A stretch of 64,000 nucleotides of DNA, from the NCBI GenBank assembly GCA_050084515.1, contig CM114271.1, forward strand, positions 15,128,001-15,192,000, written 5' to 3'. The notes beneath the pieces were generated by a model. It was not told the DNA's origin and did no database searches. It saw only the letters and a list, made by a program, of their open reading frames with translations. The DNA comes from Blasia pusilla (lineage: Eukaryota). Position numbers and translations under genes: made by a program. The number at the start of each line of letters is the position of its first letter. Within the stretch, counting starts at the first letter, position 1. Positions 13,031 to 25,012 of the stretch are shown here, one piece after another.

Positions 13031-16000
13031 ATGCAGCAGTCGCCGATGTGGAAGCTCGCGAAGCCAGCACCACTGCCATTGGGGCTGCTGGATGGAAGAG
13101 GCAACAAACGGAAGGGGTTTGCGCGGCATGGCCAAGCATTCTGCTCTTGGAATCGACCCGCGAAGATGGAGAAGAGCGTGTGGATATGGACGAAGAATAA
13201 AGAGGTGATGACAGCATCAGTTGAACGCGGATGGAGCACTTTCATCTTCACTCCAGAGACCGAAATGCTTGCAGACGCATGGGCATGTAATTGAAAGTCC
13301 TCTTACCTTTGGTCTTACCTTTGGCCGCCTTAGAATGCGGATGCTCTTCCAAATCTTCCAACAGATTCTGTAGGCCTTTCGTGGGTGCACGGAGCACTGA
13401 ATTTCGACATTTCAGCTCTAAGAGAGATGTGGGATGGCCGATATAACTGGCCGGAGGTTGAGAGGTTCTGATGGGTAGGCTACGGGCAATTTCGTTGTGG
13501 CCCTCGGGTTCTTACCCCGACAGTGGTGTTAGGATGAGGAGATGACAATTGCCAGTTCTGATCTGTTTCCACTCAGAAAAGAAAAGCCTGTCTCGCTGAT
13601 GAATGCAGAGAAGAGATCTTTAAGCATACATTGGACTTTACGAGTGTGTAGATCTTTGAAATTCCATGGAAGGAGGAGTGAAGGAGGCTTTTAGTGATGA
13701 ATTAGAGATAGGGAGATCAGGAAGGAAGAGCATCCATTTTCAAGCCAGATTTTTCGTGTATGTGGGCAGATCAAATAAACGCTCGTGTATGCAGCGTTGA
13801 GCAGGATACAAGCATTGTTTCTGCGGGATGGGCAATTCAGGACTAAGGAGACTGAGAAACCCCTTGCTCTTTTGGGCCAAGTTTCATCAGGCCTTGCCCA
13901 AGATGATGTGAAGGCCTTGGCTGGACAGGCTGAGATTGTTGTGATGAGTGCCTTTGACTGGCAGGTGAGTGAGGTGTAGTTGTCCCAGTAATATGACCTT
14001 CCACACACCGTTCTGCTCATGGCGAAATTCATTTTCACGCTAGTGAATCTTATTCACATGGTACGGGTGTGGGTGTCCACAAGTTCAGATATTGTTTTGT
14101 TTTCTTTGCGAGGAACAAAAAAACACATGGATCACTGGTCCTCCTGAGAGCTGTAAACTGGGTGAACAGTTTCGAGGAGGACCAGTGAACTAGGCTCTTT
14201 CTTACTCTTACAATCATTCCATGCAGAAACTCTGAAAATGTGGGAGAGAGCCTGGAATGTTTGCAGCACTGATAAATGGACTAACTTATGTAGAATTGTA
14301 CGTAAATAGAGTAATAGAGTAGAAGAACTTCCTTGGTTTAAACACCTGAGATTCTGTATGTCTAGATGGATTGGATGGATGCAGCTGAATTAGGGATGGC
14401 AGGTTTTTTTATCATTACCTGCGGTATCTGTTGCATTGCAGTCATAGCTCAGTGAAGCAGGAAAAATTTCCTAGAAGGTGTGAGCGATGACAAAAATCTC
14501 GAGGGTGCAAGCATTTATGAGGTTATTCTTTGATGGTCATCTAGTTTGAAATCCTCAGTTTCTGTGGCAACTCGGACAGATTATCTCAGCTGAGAATATG
14601 ATTGCGGCATTTCAAGAAACCAAGTCAACTCTTTTTGCGACTGCTTCAAATGCTCTGGAAGCAAGACTCTACTTTGAGGTCAGTGCCATTCAACATTCAT
14701 CACGAGTTAAAGAACCTCAACAAAGTCCACAGTGGTATCGAAGTGAAGATAGTTGAAGTTCTTTGGGTGGATCAGTAGAAATGTCGAATGGTTGGGTGTT
14801 CTCCTTGCTCTTTCCTGGCCAAGTATGGCTTAATCGTTGCTTGACTCCTTGAGCTCCCCTTGTTACTTGCTTTATGGGTTTTACCGGTCCTCCATTTCTG
14901 GATGGATGAAGTTTTTGCTCTTTTTTGTCTAGTGCACTTAAGAATCTAGGTAAGGTGACTATGGAGCTCCACTTTACTGGTGTGGGTTACGAGTAAAGCT
15001 TGGTTGGTCATAGGAAGTTGCGGTGAGTGTCTCGTTGGTGGAGCTGACTCTGTATGTGAATGAGAATTGGGGGGTTTTGGGGCATAGGCTTTAGAGAGAG
15101 GCACGGATGGGGTGATACTTCAAACGGAGGATCCGTCTGAGATATTTTCATTGAAGGCAAGTGGTTTTCGCTTCACAGGGTGGACCCTAGCAACACTCTG
15201 CCGGCCTCTTGGTAGAGAAGTATATACAGGAAGAGGATAGCTGTAAGCTGGTGAATTGCAAAGAAATAATTTCCTCATCTCATGCACACTTTAGTGCTCG
15301 TAGATTCTTAAGGGACTACTTTTGTGTGGCACTTGGTGTGGAATTCAATTTGAATTGGTGTGGTTGGTTTGATGAATTGCATTTCAATTTTGCAAATCAT
15401 ATGGGACAAATTACACAGCAATAACTTTGGCACTAAACATACAGACCTACTTGACATCAAAGGCTGAGAACGAGAGTACCATCGATTTATGTGCCGCTTC
15501 AGTAAGCCGAGTGGATCCAGTTGGAATGGGAGATAGAGTCTGTGTGGATCTGTGCAACATCATGACCCCGGGTGAGGGTCTTCTGGTGGGTTGAACCTTA
15601 CCGTAAATTTTGTAAGTGAAAAAAAAACTCAGTCCATGGCCTATTCAGATCCATTGTATTCGTACTTTTCATTGGCTAGACAGGTGGTCATTGACTTGAT
15701 AATGGCAGGAATAGGAGAATCTCAAGCATTTTGGGATAAACCATGTGAAAATGTTCTCTGCCTCACTAGATTTAACAACTTCGCTTTTCCCCAGTAGGCT
15801 ACTTGTTGATTGCTTGATGTTTTTATAGAGATCTACTGTGGTGCCTTTAAGAAGATCAAAGTTTTTTTTCTTGGTCTTCTCGCAGGTGGGTTCATTTGCT
15901 GGAGGCCTCTTTCTGGTACATTCAGAGTGTTTGTCATCTGACTATGTCGCCAGTCGCCCCTTTCGAGTGAATGCGGTATGTCTCTTGTATTAGATTGCTG

Positions 16001-17131
16001 TCTTGGAATTTGATCCTACCTTCATAACCTCGAGCTTAAGTCCTGTATGTATAAGCTCATTCCCGATCAGTTGGGACCATGATAGTGCTCGACTTCCCAA
16101 TTGCCCCTTGTTGCTTTCTGACCAGGTTTTTGCCATTGGCTTTCTATTGTAGAGGTTGTTTCTCTACTTGCTCTTTCAGTTTGTTGCAACTGCTCTTGCT
16201 AGACATACGATTGAATTAGAATCCTAACACCATGATCACATGGAGTGAGTCACCACAAAGGACTGGTCGACATGAGATGGGAAATGTGGTGCAGGTTGGA
16301 TTTTGACAACATCGGCAGGAGATCTTGCATGTGAAGAAGCTAAAGAACGAGATTTCAAAATGGCTTAATTGCAGGGTCCTGTACATGCTTATGTTGCGGT
16401 GCCTGGCGGGAGGACTTCATATCTTTGTGAGCTTTCCAGTGGTGCAGAGGTGTTAGCTGTGAATGCTGAAGGAAAGTCGCGGCCAGTGACCGTAGGACGA
16501 GTAAAGATTGAATCAAGACCCTTGATTCTCATTGAAGTTGAGGTACCCGTCGCTCAAACTTGCCTTGGCACTTGATATTCAAGTTGTCTAGTCACTAGTG
16601 TTGACTGCTTGTGTTTTGAGCTATGGTGTGGCCTGGAAACGACTTGTAAGAAACTTGCCTTGTGTGGGTTTGTTCCATGTGGTTGCAGCATGAAGGTTCA
16701 AAATATAGCCTCCTCCTTCAAAATGCTGAAACAGTGTGTCTCATATCTCCAGCTTCCAAAGGTACAGTATCTTTTCTTTATTCCTTCTGTTCATATCTCA
16801 TACTACTGCTTCAAAAGAAGAATCTAGATGTAGGTAGCACTGGATTGAATTGGAGCTATAGTTACCTGAGGGTCTAATCCACACTATGTTGTCTATTCTT
16901 TGGTTATAGCAGCCAACTGATAAATATGATGTATTACTCGCTAAGAAATCTCAGGAGTTAATTTGAGGATAATACAGTCCTGATTTGCCTGCAGAGTCTC
17001 CAGTTGGATCTTTACAGAGCACTCCCATCCCTGTAACGAAATTGAAAGTTGGGGATCAAGTACTCCTTTCAAGGCAAGGCTCTGCTCGGCACACTGGTGT
17101 TCAAATTGAAGAATTCATTGTTGAAAAGTAG
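13031..17131 (+). CDS. 3-dehydroquinate synthase II homologue (archaeal AroB'-type; At3g28760-like), probably plastid-targeted; 9 exons: 13031-13286, 13795-13964, 14580-14678, 15088-15156, 15445-15585, 15886-15975, 16375-16542, 16689-16761, 16995-17131
   Basis: Spliced product contains [151 protein letters not shown] and [15 protein letters not shown]. The frame is intact across all junctions, and intron 4 is GC-AG. Confidence 0.93.
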
Positions 17132-17167
17132 CCCACCACGTGTTGCTGGAGTGATGCTTCTTCTTGT

Positions 17168-17495
17168 TATTGCTAAGCTGGTAACACCAGAATTGTTCAA
17201 CACATTCAGTAGCCTAGATTCATTGCCCAAAGCTGCTGCACTGGTAAGTAATGTTTATTTGGGATCCCAATCAGGTGAAGTAGATGGTGTGGTGAAGAGC
17301 TTCTTGGTTGACACTAGGAAGCTCCGCACCGACACATTATTTGGTCAGCATTCGCACTATATGAGAGTGTCTCCCTCCTCTCATATGGTACCTTCTCCAC
17401 TTCCTCTCTCTATGCCCATCTCAGTCTAAAGCGCCGCCCAACCAGGGCGCGGGGTCTATGGTCGCAAGGCTACAACAGGCACTACTTAATGAGTA
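17168..17495 (+). mobile_element. Second copy of the LINE 3' end (matches 12026-12356), about 37 bp after the DHQS-II stop codon
   Basis: Near-identical runs AAGCTGGTAAC(T/A)CCAGAATTGTTCAACACATTCAGTAGCC, CACTATATGAGAGTGTCTCCCTCCTCTCATATGGTACCTTC and GCACTACTTAATGAGTA occur in both copies. Confidence 0.88.
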
Positions 17496-18989
17496 GAGTC
17501 TTGAGCCATCTGAATTGTCCATGTCGGATGCATTACTGCAAGCCATGGATGAGCAAGGGTTAAAGGTTGTTGCTGCAATGTTATGAGCATCTCATAGGTG
17601 GGGAAACAATTTTGCACACGATAAACAGTGTGTTTCAATGATGGAGTGTACTCATTTCTGATTGTGCCCCACAAATGTATCATTATTATTGTTTTTTCTG
17701 CCAAGTTCCTATTATGAGGGTTTAGGGTCATTGGTGGGCACTGGAACCCACCAATGACCACCATTAATGCCCATATTCCCCTCTTCAACACTTTCCATTG
17801 GTGCCATTCGGCATTACTCTATTTCAAGAAAGATCATATATTGGAAGGTCATCAATTTTATGGCAACACCTTGGAGACGCCTGTAGGCATGTATGTGTTA
17901 AGGCTATACTCCGATTTTTTTGTTGTCCAACATTGCAATGCCAATTAGTCATCACAATGCTTTCCATAATGCCACATTCCAATCATGAACTCTTAACAAT
18001 CTTGCAAATCCACTGAAATTAGGGCCAAATTGGTCATTTATACAGGCTTCTCATTCCTAGAGCTCCGCCATTCGTCTATTGAACACATCATGATCTCTCC
18101 TGCTGATACATGGCCCGTAAGAAGTGGTGTTTCATGGGCAGACGTGTATGACAACATAGAATCATTACAACTTCTGCCATGTTCTACCGACATTTATGGT
18201 GTTTAGTTTTTGCTACCATAACTTCGTGGTTGACTCATAAGTGGAATTCTTGCATTGGAGACTTTCTAATTATCTACATGGGAGTCTTTTAAGCGGATAC
18301 ACAACTCAAATATGCTGTTCACTTTACCAAGATCAACTCGGGCACCTCTTACACGCGTTATGGGGCTTATCTCAATTGGCCCCAAACGTGGAAAATGTAG
18401 CGAGGAAATAAAAGTGATAATCCGTGAGGAAGAACAGACTTAAAAACCCACAAATAACACCTCGTCAAACTTCACGTCTTATCGCACTCCAGTTTCTGAC
18501 ATTCAATGGCAAAAAAAGACTTTTCCTTTGTCGAAGTGAATCATCCCCATTTCGTAAGGTATGAATAGCCAGTTTTCATCGGCCCATCTTATAACCCATC
18601 GGGATACAAAGGGAGGTACCACATTGGCACAGATTACATTTGCATAAAGCAAAGGATTACTTGCAATTACAAGTGTGCATGGCATGCGATTCTAAGACAA
18701 ATTTTTTTCTTGTTGCCTATGAATGAAAAATATTTTCACGGTCCAAATGAAGGAACCACCAAAAAGACAATTGCCCTTTGAGTTGTGCTTATCTGCTGGC
18801 TCCAAAGGGGAAAGCTTTGAGATGTCCTAATAGACTCCCATGGACAGGAGTCAGGATCTACTCTTGCAAAGTCCCAACGTGTGATAATCCTCCTCACGTC
18901 AAAGCTCAAGATGTTCTCTGCTGTCTGGTAGGGCCTTGCGACAGAATGCCCCGTAGCAAATTGTTCTCCAATCTGCTTGGGTTTCGCAT

Positions 18990-19620
18990 TCATCCGATCT
19001 CAGACACAAGATTTGGAGCTCCAAATGAATGGGTTTGGGTTCTGTTCTTGGGATCTCCACTAAGCGAATCTCAGACAGAAGATTTGAAGCTCCGACTCCA
19101 TGTGCTAGGGTTCTGGTCCTGAGTTCTGTGCACGACCAGATCTCAGATACAAGATTTGAAGCTCCCAATCAATGTGCTAGGGTTCTGTTCCTGAATTCTA
19201 TGCTGGAGCAGATCTTAGACACAAGATTTGGAGCTCCCGATCGATGTGCTAGGGTTCTGTTCCTGGATTCTATGCTTGACCAGATCTCAGACACAAGTGT
19301 CGGAGCTCCGAATCCATGTGCTAGGGTTCTGTTTTTTAGTTCTATGCTTCACCGGATCAGTTCTATGCTTCACCAGATCTCATACACAAGATTTGGAGCT
19401 CCAAATCAATGTGTTTGGTTTCTGTTCCTGAGTTCTACGCTTGGACAGATCTCAGACACAAAATTTGGAGCTCCAAATCAATATTCTTGGTTTCTGCTCC
19501 AGGGTTCTACGCTTTATCAGATCTGAGACACAAATTTGGAGCTCCAAATCAGTGTGCTAGTTCTGTTCCTCTGTTCTAAGCTTGACCACAGCGCTGAATC
19601 CTTGACACAAGATTTGAAGG
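18990..19620. repeat. Minisatellite, ~69-bp unit, about 9 diverged copies (CAGATCTCAGACACAAGATTTGGAGCTCCAAATCAATGTGCTAGGGTTCTGTTCCTGAGTTCTATGCTTGAC-like)
   Basis: Recurring GATCTCAGACACAAGATTTGGAGCTCC and TGTGCTAGGGTTCTG blocks; seen as a 23-aa periodicity in ORF 19029-19526. Confidence 0.9.
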
Positions 19621-22321
19621 TGAGAATCAGAGGTGCGCCATCAACTGCCCGCACCAATTGGCCTATCGCTTGCTGAGGAGCTTCTTTCCAAATCGTCGGG
19701 AACTCGCGCTTCCCTCGGCTCTACGGGCCTTGAAGAAGCAAGCAACCATGTGCCGCTGGCCAGATCCAGCGATTGCAAATGTGGACAAGGTGAGATCGAC
19801 GATGTTAGCATGGGTGATTCACGAGACTTTGACGTCTGTGCACAACACATTTCGGAAATCCCGACCAAATTTGGAGGATGCTTGCGGCAGCGGTCGTCAG
19901 TCATGATCTATGTGTGGATTCCTCCCTGTGATGATCAGCCAGTCCGTTCGAGCGCTGGAAGGGCCGCTTCCCATCGACCGTCACCTTCAAATCCGCTGCG
20001 AGTTTCCGGATCCCAGCTTGCGTTGGAACGTGGAAACCTGAGGGAATCAGACTGCTGGCGCTGACTGCTTCCGTGCTCATGACTGCGAGAGCACAAACGA
20101 AAGACCTGAGCTGTAGAGGCATTTCTCCAGATCTTAAGCAGATGTGCGATTTAGTTTGCACACGTTTTCGCTGGAGCTCGGAAAGCCATTCCGTTCGGTA
20201 ATCCGTCTTGCACAGGTGATCCACTGTTGCGAACGGAATGATCCGATCGCAATGATCTTCACAGTTGTGGAACTGCTCAGCGTCTCTTTCACAGATGCGC
20301 TCCGTCTCGGAAAGCGCTCACTCCGCTGCTACGCAAGATCCGCCACGCAAATCGAGGCACCCGAATCCGCACAACTTTTCCCCTATCCAGACCAAACCGA
20401 AAAGCGCGAAAATGTCGGCCGCCGGCTCTTCCGCCCCACTGCAAACGCCCTCCTCCTCCACCAGCAACGCAACAGAACTCCCGAAGCTCCAGGAAGAAGC
20501 ACGGATATTCTCTTCACCCCCAACCCGACAAAATCATAAACGCACCAAACCTGCGAGGCGAGAATCCTAGCTGATCGCCAGAGCACCCAGCCGATCTCCG
20601 GTTACAAGCAACGGCGTTTCTTCACAAAATCTACAAGCAATCCCGACTGCGTCACGCTCTCCTCCATCGTGAGCCTGCGTCGAAATCACCACGCACGCGC
20701 TCCGCCCATAGCTCCAGCAAGAAATATGGCTGCAAAATCATCAAAATGGGAAAGATGCGTAGAGGGTTTTCCGAGTCCAGTCAATCCATCGGCCTGTAAC
20801 AACCTTCTTTTAGCATCTTAATGGCATGCTAATTCAAGAGGGTCTTCGAAAGTTTCAGTCCCAAAAGCGCGAATTGAGAGGGAGGACGACATTCCCGGGA
20901 CTGTCAACATATAGATTGACTCACGTAATGCTCGGGATTTCTTGGCATCTGTCTCATTTATGGTCCCTTACTACTAAACCCCAAACTTGAAAGTTTTGGG
21001 AAAAACGGCTTTCCCACGTGCCACTCAAATCATTTTCAATTATAACTTTTAATTTTGAAATATAAAATTCAAGGTTCAGTTCTTATCAACTCAGTGAAAT
21101 CATGAAAACTCAAGACCCAAGGCTTTGGGATTCAACTATTGAACCCGTATGACATCTACAAGCTCCGAAGACTTTTTTCTTCTTCCAATCCCAATAGCAA
21201 TTATAGTGAAAACTAAGCGAGGCACCGATCTTATCTTCTCAAGTCTCCAAGATGTCAACAATATCTCTCTCCAATCTCCTCCTTGATCTCTCTTGATTGC
21301 ACATAGCTTCGATCAGCAATCAATTATTCTCCAGCACCCCCGCGCACTAAACCTCACTTTTTGAGAGCTCTAGAAATGATCTTGAGGTGATTCAAATTTT
21401 GACACAACTCTCGCCTTCCCAGTTTCCCAATTTTGTCTTAATCTCTTTACGCTCACTAATCGAACTCTAAGAAAGCTCTAAAATGTCATCTCAAACTTTC
21501 TGCATTAGAATTCTGACCCCCCTTCACTTGACAGTTTCTCCCGTGCTCTCTGTTCCTTATCGCGCTCAAAACTCTAGTATTGTGAAACGACCTTCTTCTT
21601 GGCTTTTCAACGTGTCCTTGATCTCCCCAAATGCTTCCCACTTTCTCCTCCAAAACGCGTTTTAGTCTCCCCTAACTTATCCTTACAAATCATCTCTAAG
21701 GGACTTTTGCCATTTGGCTATATTTGAATGGTAGAGAATCTTTCCTTCTTCCTTGGTCAATCTTACTACTTGGTCAATTTAACTCAAGTCATTATCTCTT
21801 CTTTCCTTCAGATTTTCTCTTGACCAAATATTTACCAAGATTCTTTGGCCGTCCACAAGATTCCAACGACAATGTTACTTTTCGGACGACAGCTCCCCGT
21901 AATTGACTTCCTCCTTCCATCTTCTTTTCTTTTTAACTTCATAAGTCTTATTCTTACTTTACAGGAGTGTAGCCTTCACATTTCTTCTTGGCTAAGACTT
22001 ATAATTTCCCCGTAAGTATTACATGAAATGCCCGTCTTGCTTTACTAGGACTTTCCTTATGGGATCTTCTAGCTTATACTTCTAAGGCTCCAAGTTTCGA
22101 CTTAGATGATCAGACTAACTTGTGGTATGAATCTTCATATCCCAATCAAGTTTAGAATATACATGCGCATTTAAAGTGCGACAAATATTCGGTTCGCGTG
22201 CATTTTATTTATTTGACGCGTCGCATCGACTATTTCACATGTATAAACACTGCGACACTTAATAAACAATGAAAGAGATCTTGAGGAGGTTTTCTCTTAT
22301 CCCATCCTCTTTTTATATATA

Positions 22322-22521
22322 CTAGCTAGGACCCGTCAGGGTACCTTGCGATGCACGGTACCCTCCACTGTGCCTAATCCTAAAGGCTCCCATCCATTCC
22401 ACCGCCCCTAACCTCCCTTCCATTACCTCAATGCCCATACCATGCATTTTTTATTAAAAGGACAGGTGGTAAATTCTTTTGTGTTTCCATTTGAAAACTT
22501 CTCCTTTGTTAATAGTATAGA
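22322..22521 (-). mobile_element. Complete 200-bp non-autonomous Helitron
   Basis: The minus strand begins a|TCTATACTATTAACAAAGG (22521) and ends GGGTACCGTGCATCGCAAGGTACCC (hairpin)-TGACGGGTCCTAGCTAG|t (22322). This gives a 5' TC, subterminal GC-rich hairpin, 3' CTAG, A-T target site and no TSD. Confidence 0.85.
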
Positions 22522-23649
22522 TACTAAAGAGTTATATGAGAGTGATTTTGAAAATTATAAAAGCTTCTTTTTCTTTTCTCATTTAATTTAATTGTCTCGT
22601 TTTAATCGGATTCCCTCTCTTGAAATGATAAGTGTCAACACAAGAAAATCCCTTAGAAGACACGTGGAAACACCTAAGGAGGGTTTCCTCTAACCCTCTT
22701 ATCCTCTTTTAGCTATATAGATAATATTTTGGGTTGTTCCCTTTCCTTAGGAGGCAAGGCTTGAACAACTTTTTTTTGACTTATTAGTTTCATACTGAGA
22801 CTTAGTTCATCCCCTCAGATTTCATGATTTCCCTCTTGTCCACCCCCTAGGTTATTGGTCTGAGTTATTAGTTGGGATTCTTTTTTATGAATCGATCATT
22901 TTAGTGGTCTTTTTGGGTTATCTAATTCTTTTCTGAACTTCATTGGTGTTACCCAGTTATTTTTTGGTTTTGTTTTGTTTTCATCGATTGATCGGAGTGT
23001 TGTGATCCTCATTCCATTTCTCGCTCATCAACCACCACTATATCCTGCAACACATATTTAATTGCAAGAAAACCTAACACTCTATGTACTCAAATTAAAA
23101 CACTTCCCCCAACCATCAGCAACCTATGATTCCAGAAGTTGTACAGATCCACGCCATCACGCATCCCTCCCGGAAAAATTTCTTGCCCCAACGGCTAGAC
23201 CCCGATCGGCTCCTCCGTTCCTGAAAATTTCCTGCCGTAATGCCCCGCCCTATTTTTCTGCCCTAACGACTAGACCCTGATTTCTGTCCTCCCTCCCCAT
23301 CAATCTCCGCCAACCTCTTGCGGCCGCCACGTATCCTTACGTTTGTCTGTCTCCATGGAACTAAGGGTTCCGTCCGCCCAGGTGTGGGTGCCCTCTTCAT
23401 TCCGAGTGTGGATGTCATGTGCCCATACGAGTCGCACGGCCTTCCCGCTTCTGTTTTTTAATTTTTATTTCTCTTCCTCTATTTTTAAGGTTTTTCCAAA
23501 AAAGTAAATTTTCACGATTCCTTACACTTAAATATTTTTTTATTCATTTCATTTCAAGTATGTAATTTTGAAAAAAAAATCAGTAAATTATCCTTCTTTT
23601 CAAACAAAATTGTGCTCACTTTATGTCCTTCTTTTGCTAAAATCTGCAT

Positions 23650-25012
23650 TGTGCTCTTTTGTAGGGGAGTTATACTTTTCCATGGAGAACGTTGAAAGAC
23701 TACTATTACACAATGTTACTAATCTTCTATCCATTGCAACGAATGCGAATGTTTATCGGAATGATAAACGAGCAATGGCTCAAAGAAGATGACGTGCACT
23801 TAAATTACAACCAAGCGCACCAATTGTTCCCTCTCTCACGTATGTTGTTCTTTCCATGAACCTAAACTTCACGCAATTTTTGGGAAGTTTTGCATTATCT
23901 ATTCTTACATTGCATCCTAATATCCTTATTAGCCTACCAATTCCTTCATAACCTCAAGATTTACGAGACATTCGAAAGGTTCTTCAAGGCCAAGCACAAA
24001 GGAGAAAGCGTGCACTTCATTTGCAACCATTTGACCTAATTATCCCCTCTCTCACGTAACTTCTTCTTACCATATAACTACTAATTGTTCATTTTTTTTT
24101 CTCATTTTCACTCCAACTTATAGTTTTATACTTAAATTGGATGTTCAATATTCTTTATTGATTCATTTCTATCTACACTCGTGCTTTATGCAAGACAAAT
24201 GGATGCCAATTCCTCCACATCCTCTTCATGTACGTGATGTTCGGAAGGCTCTTCGTGGAATTGCACAACAACGTTAATGTACTGTTCCTGCTCAAAAGTT
24301 AGCATTGCAAAAGCAAAAATAAAGAGACTACCAAAGAGAGTATAAACGAAAGCGACGTGCGATTCAAAACAATGTTAATCGTGTTCATCCTTTTGTCCCA
24401 AATACAAAAATTCCACCATGTACAAATGTCATTCCACAAGAGCTAAGGTATTTGCCTAATTCCTTATCTCATACTTTATGTCATATTTTCAAGTTGCGTA
24501 GACTTTTTCTCCATTTTTTCTATAACTATACTTATGTCTACGTCCTCAGAGTTGGAATGGCTGAAGACATACCTCATTGTACACCTCAATCCATTCGTAC
24601 TATTCCATTAGGAACCCCCTTGGCGACTACTTCTCATGTTCAAGAATGCAATGTTCTTACTTTGCCTCCAAGTACATTGCCTAATATTCTAGCGACCTCA
24701 TATATTGGCTCTACAATTGAAGAGGTAGTTCCACCTATAAGTATGATCAATGCTCGAAGGATTCCAATGCAACCTAAATATAAGAATATTGCACGGAATC
24801 AGAAATTCCAAGAAGGTGATATTAACAATCTTGGTGTTTGAGAGAATGTACATTCCATCAGTGGTCGTCATACTATTGGTCTTATGGATGATATGTGTCC
24901 ATCTTGCTTTGCTATGCATTGGAAATGTGAAAAAGTGAAAAACACGCGTTTCAAGAACTTCCCTTTCAAGACGTATTGTGAGCATGGCCGATTTCAACTA
25001 CCCTTTCTTTAG
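23650..25012 (+). pseudogene. Helitron Rep/Helicase N-terminal fragment (Zn-finger motif), truncated
   Basis: 24842-25012, in frame with ORF 24452-24841 across one TGA, reads HTIGLMDDMCPSCFAMHWKCEKVKNTRFKNFPFKTYCEHGRFQLP. This matches the Helitron GxMxxxCxxCxAxxWxxE...FxxCCxxGxxxLP motif. The left boundary is approximate. Confidence 0.7.

Noticed and set aside
20800-22100. Transposase or LINE ORF1 relic
   Set aside because: Looks like decayed minus-strand coding DNA, but I could not recognise any diagnostic motif.
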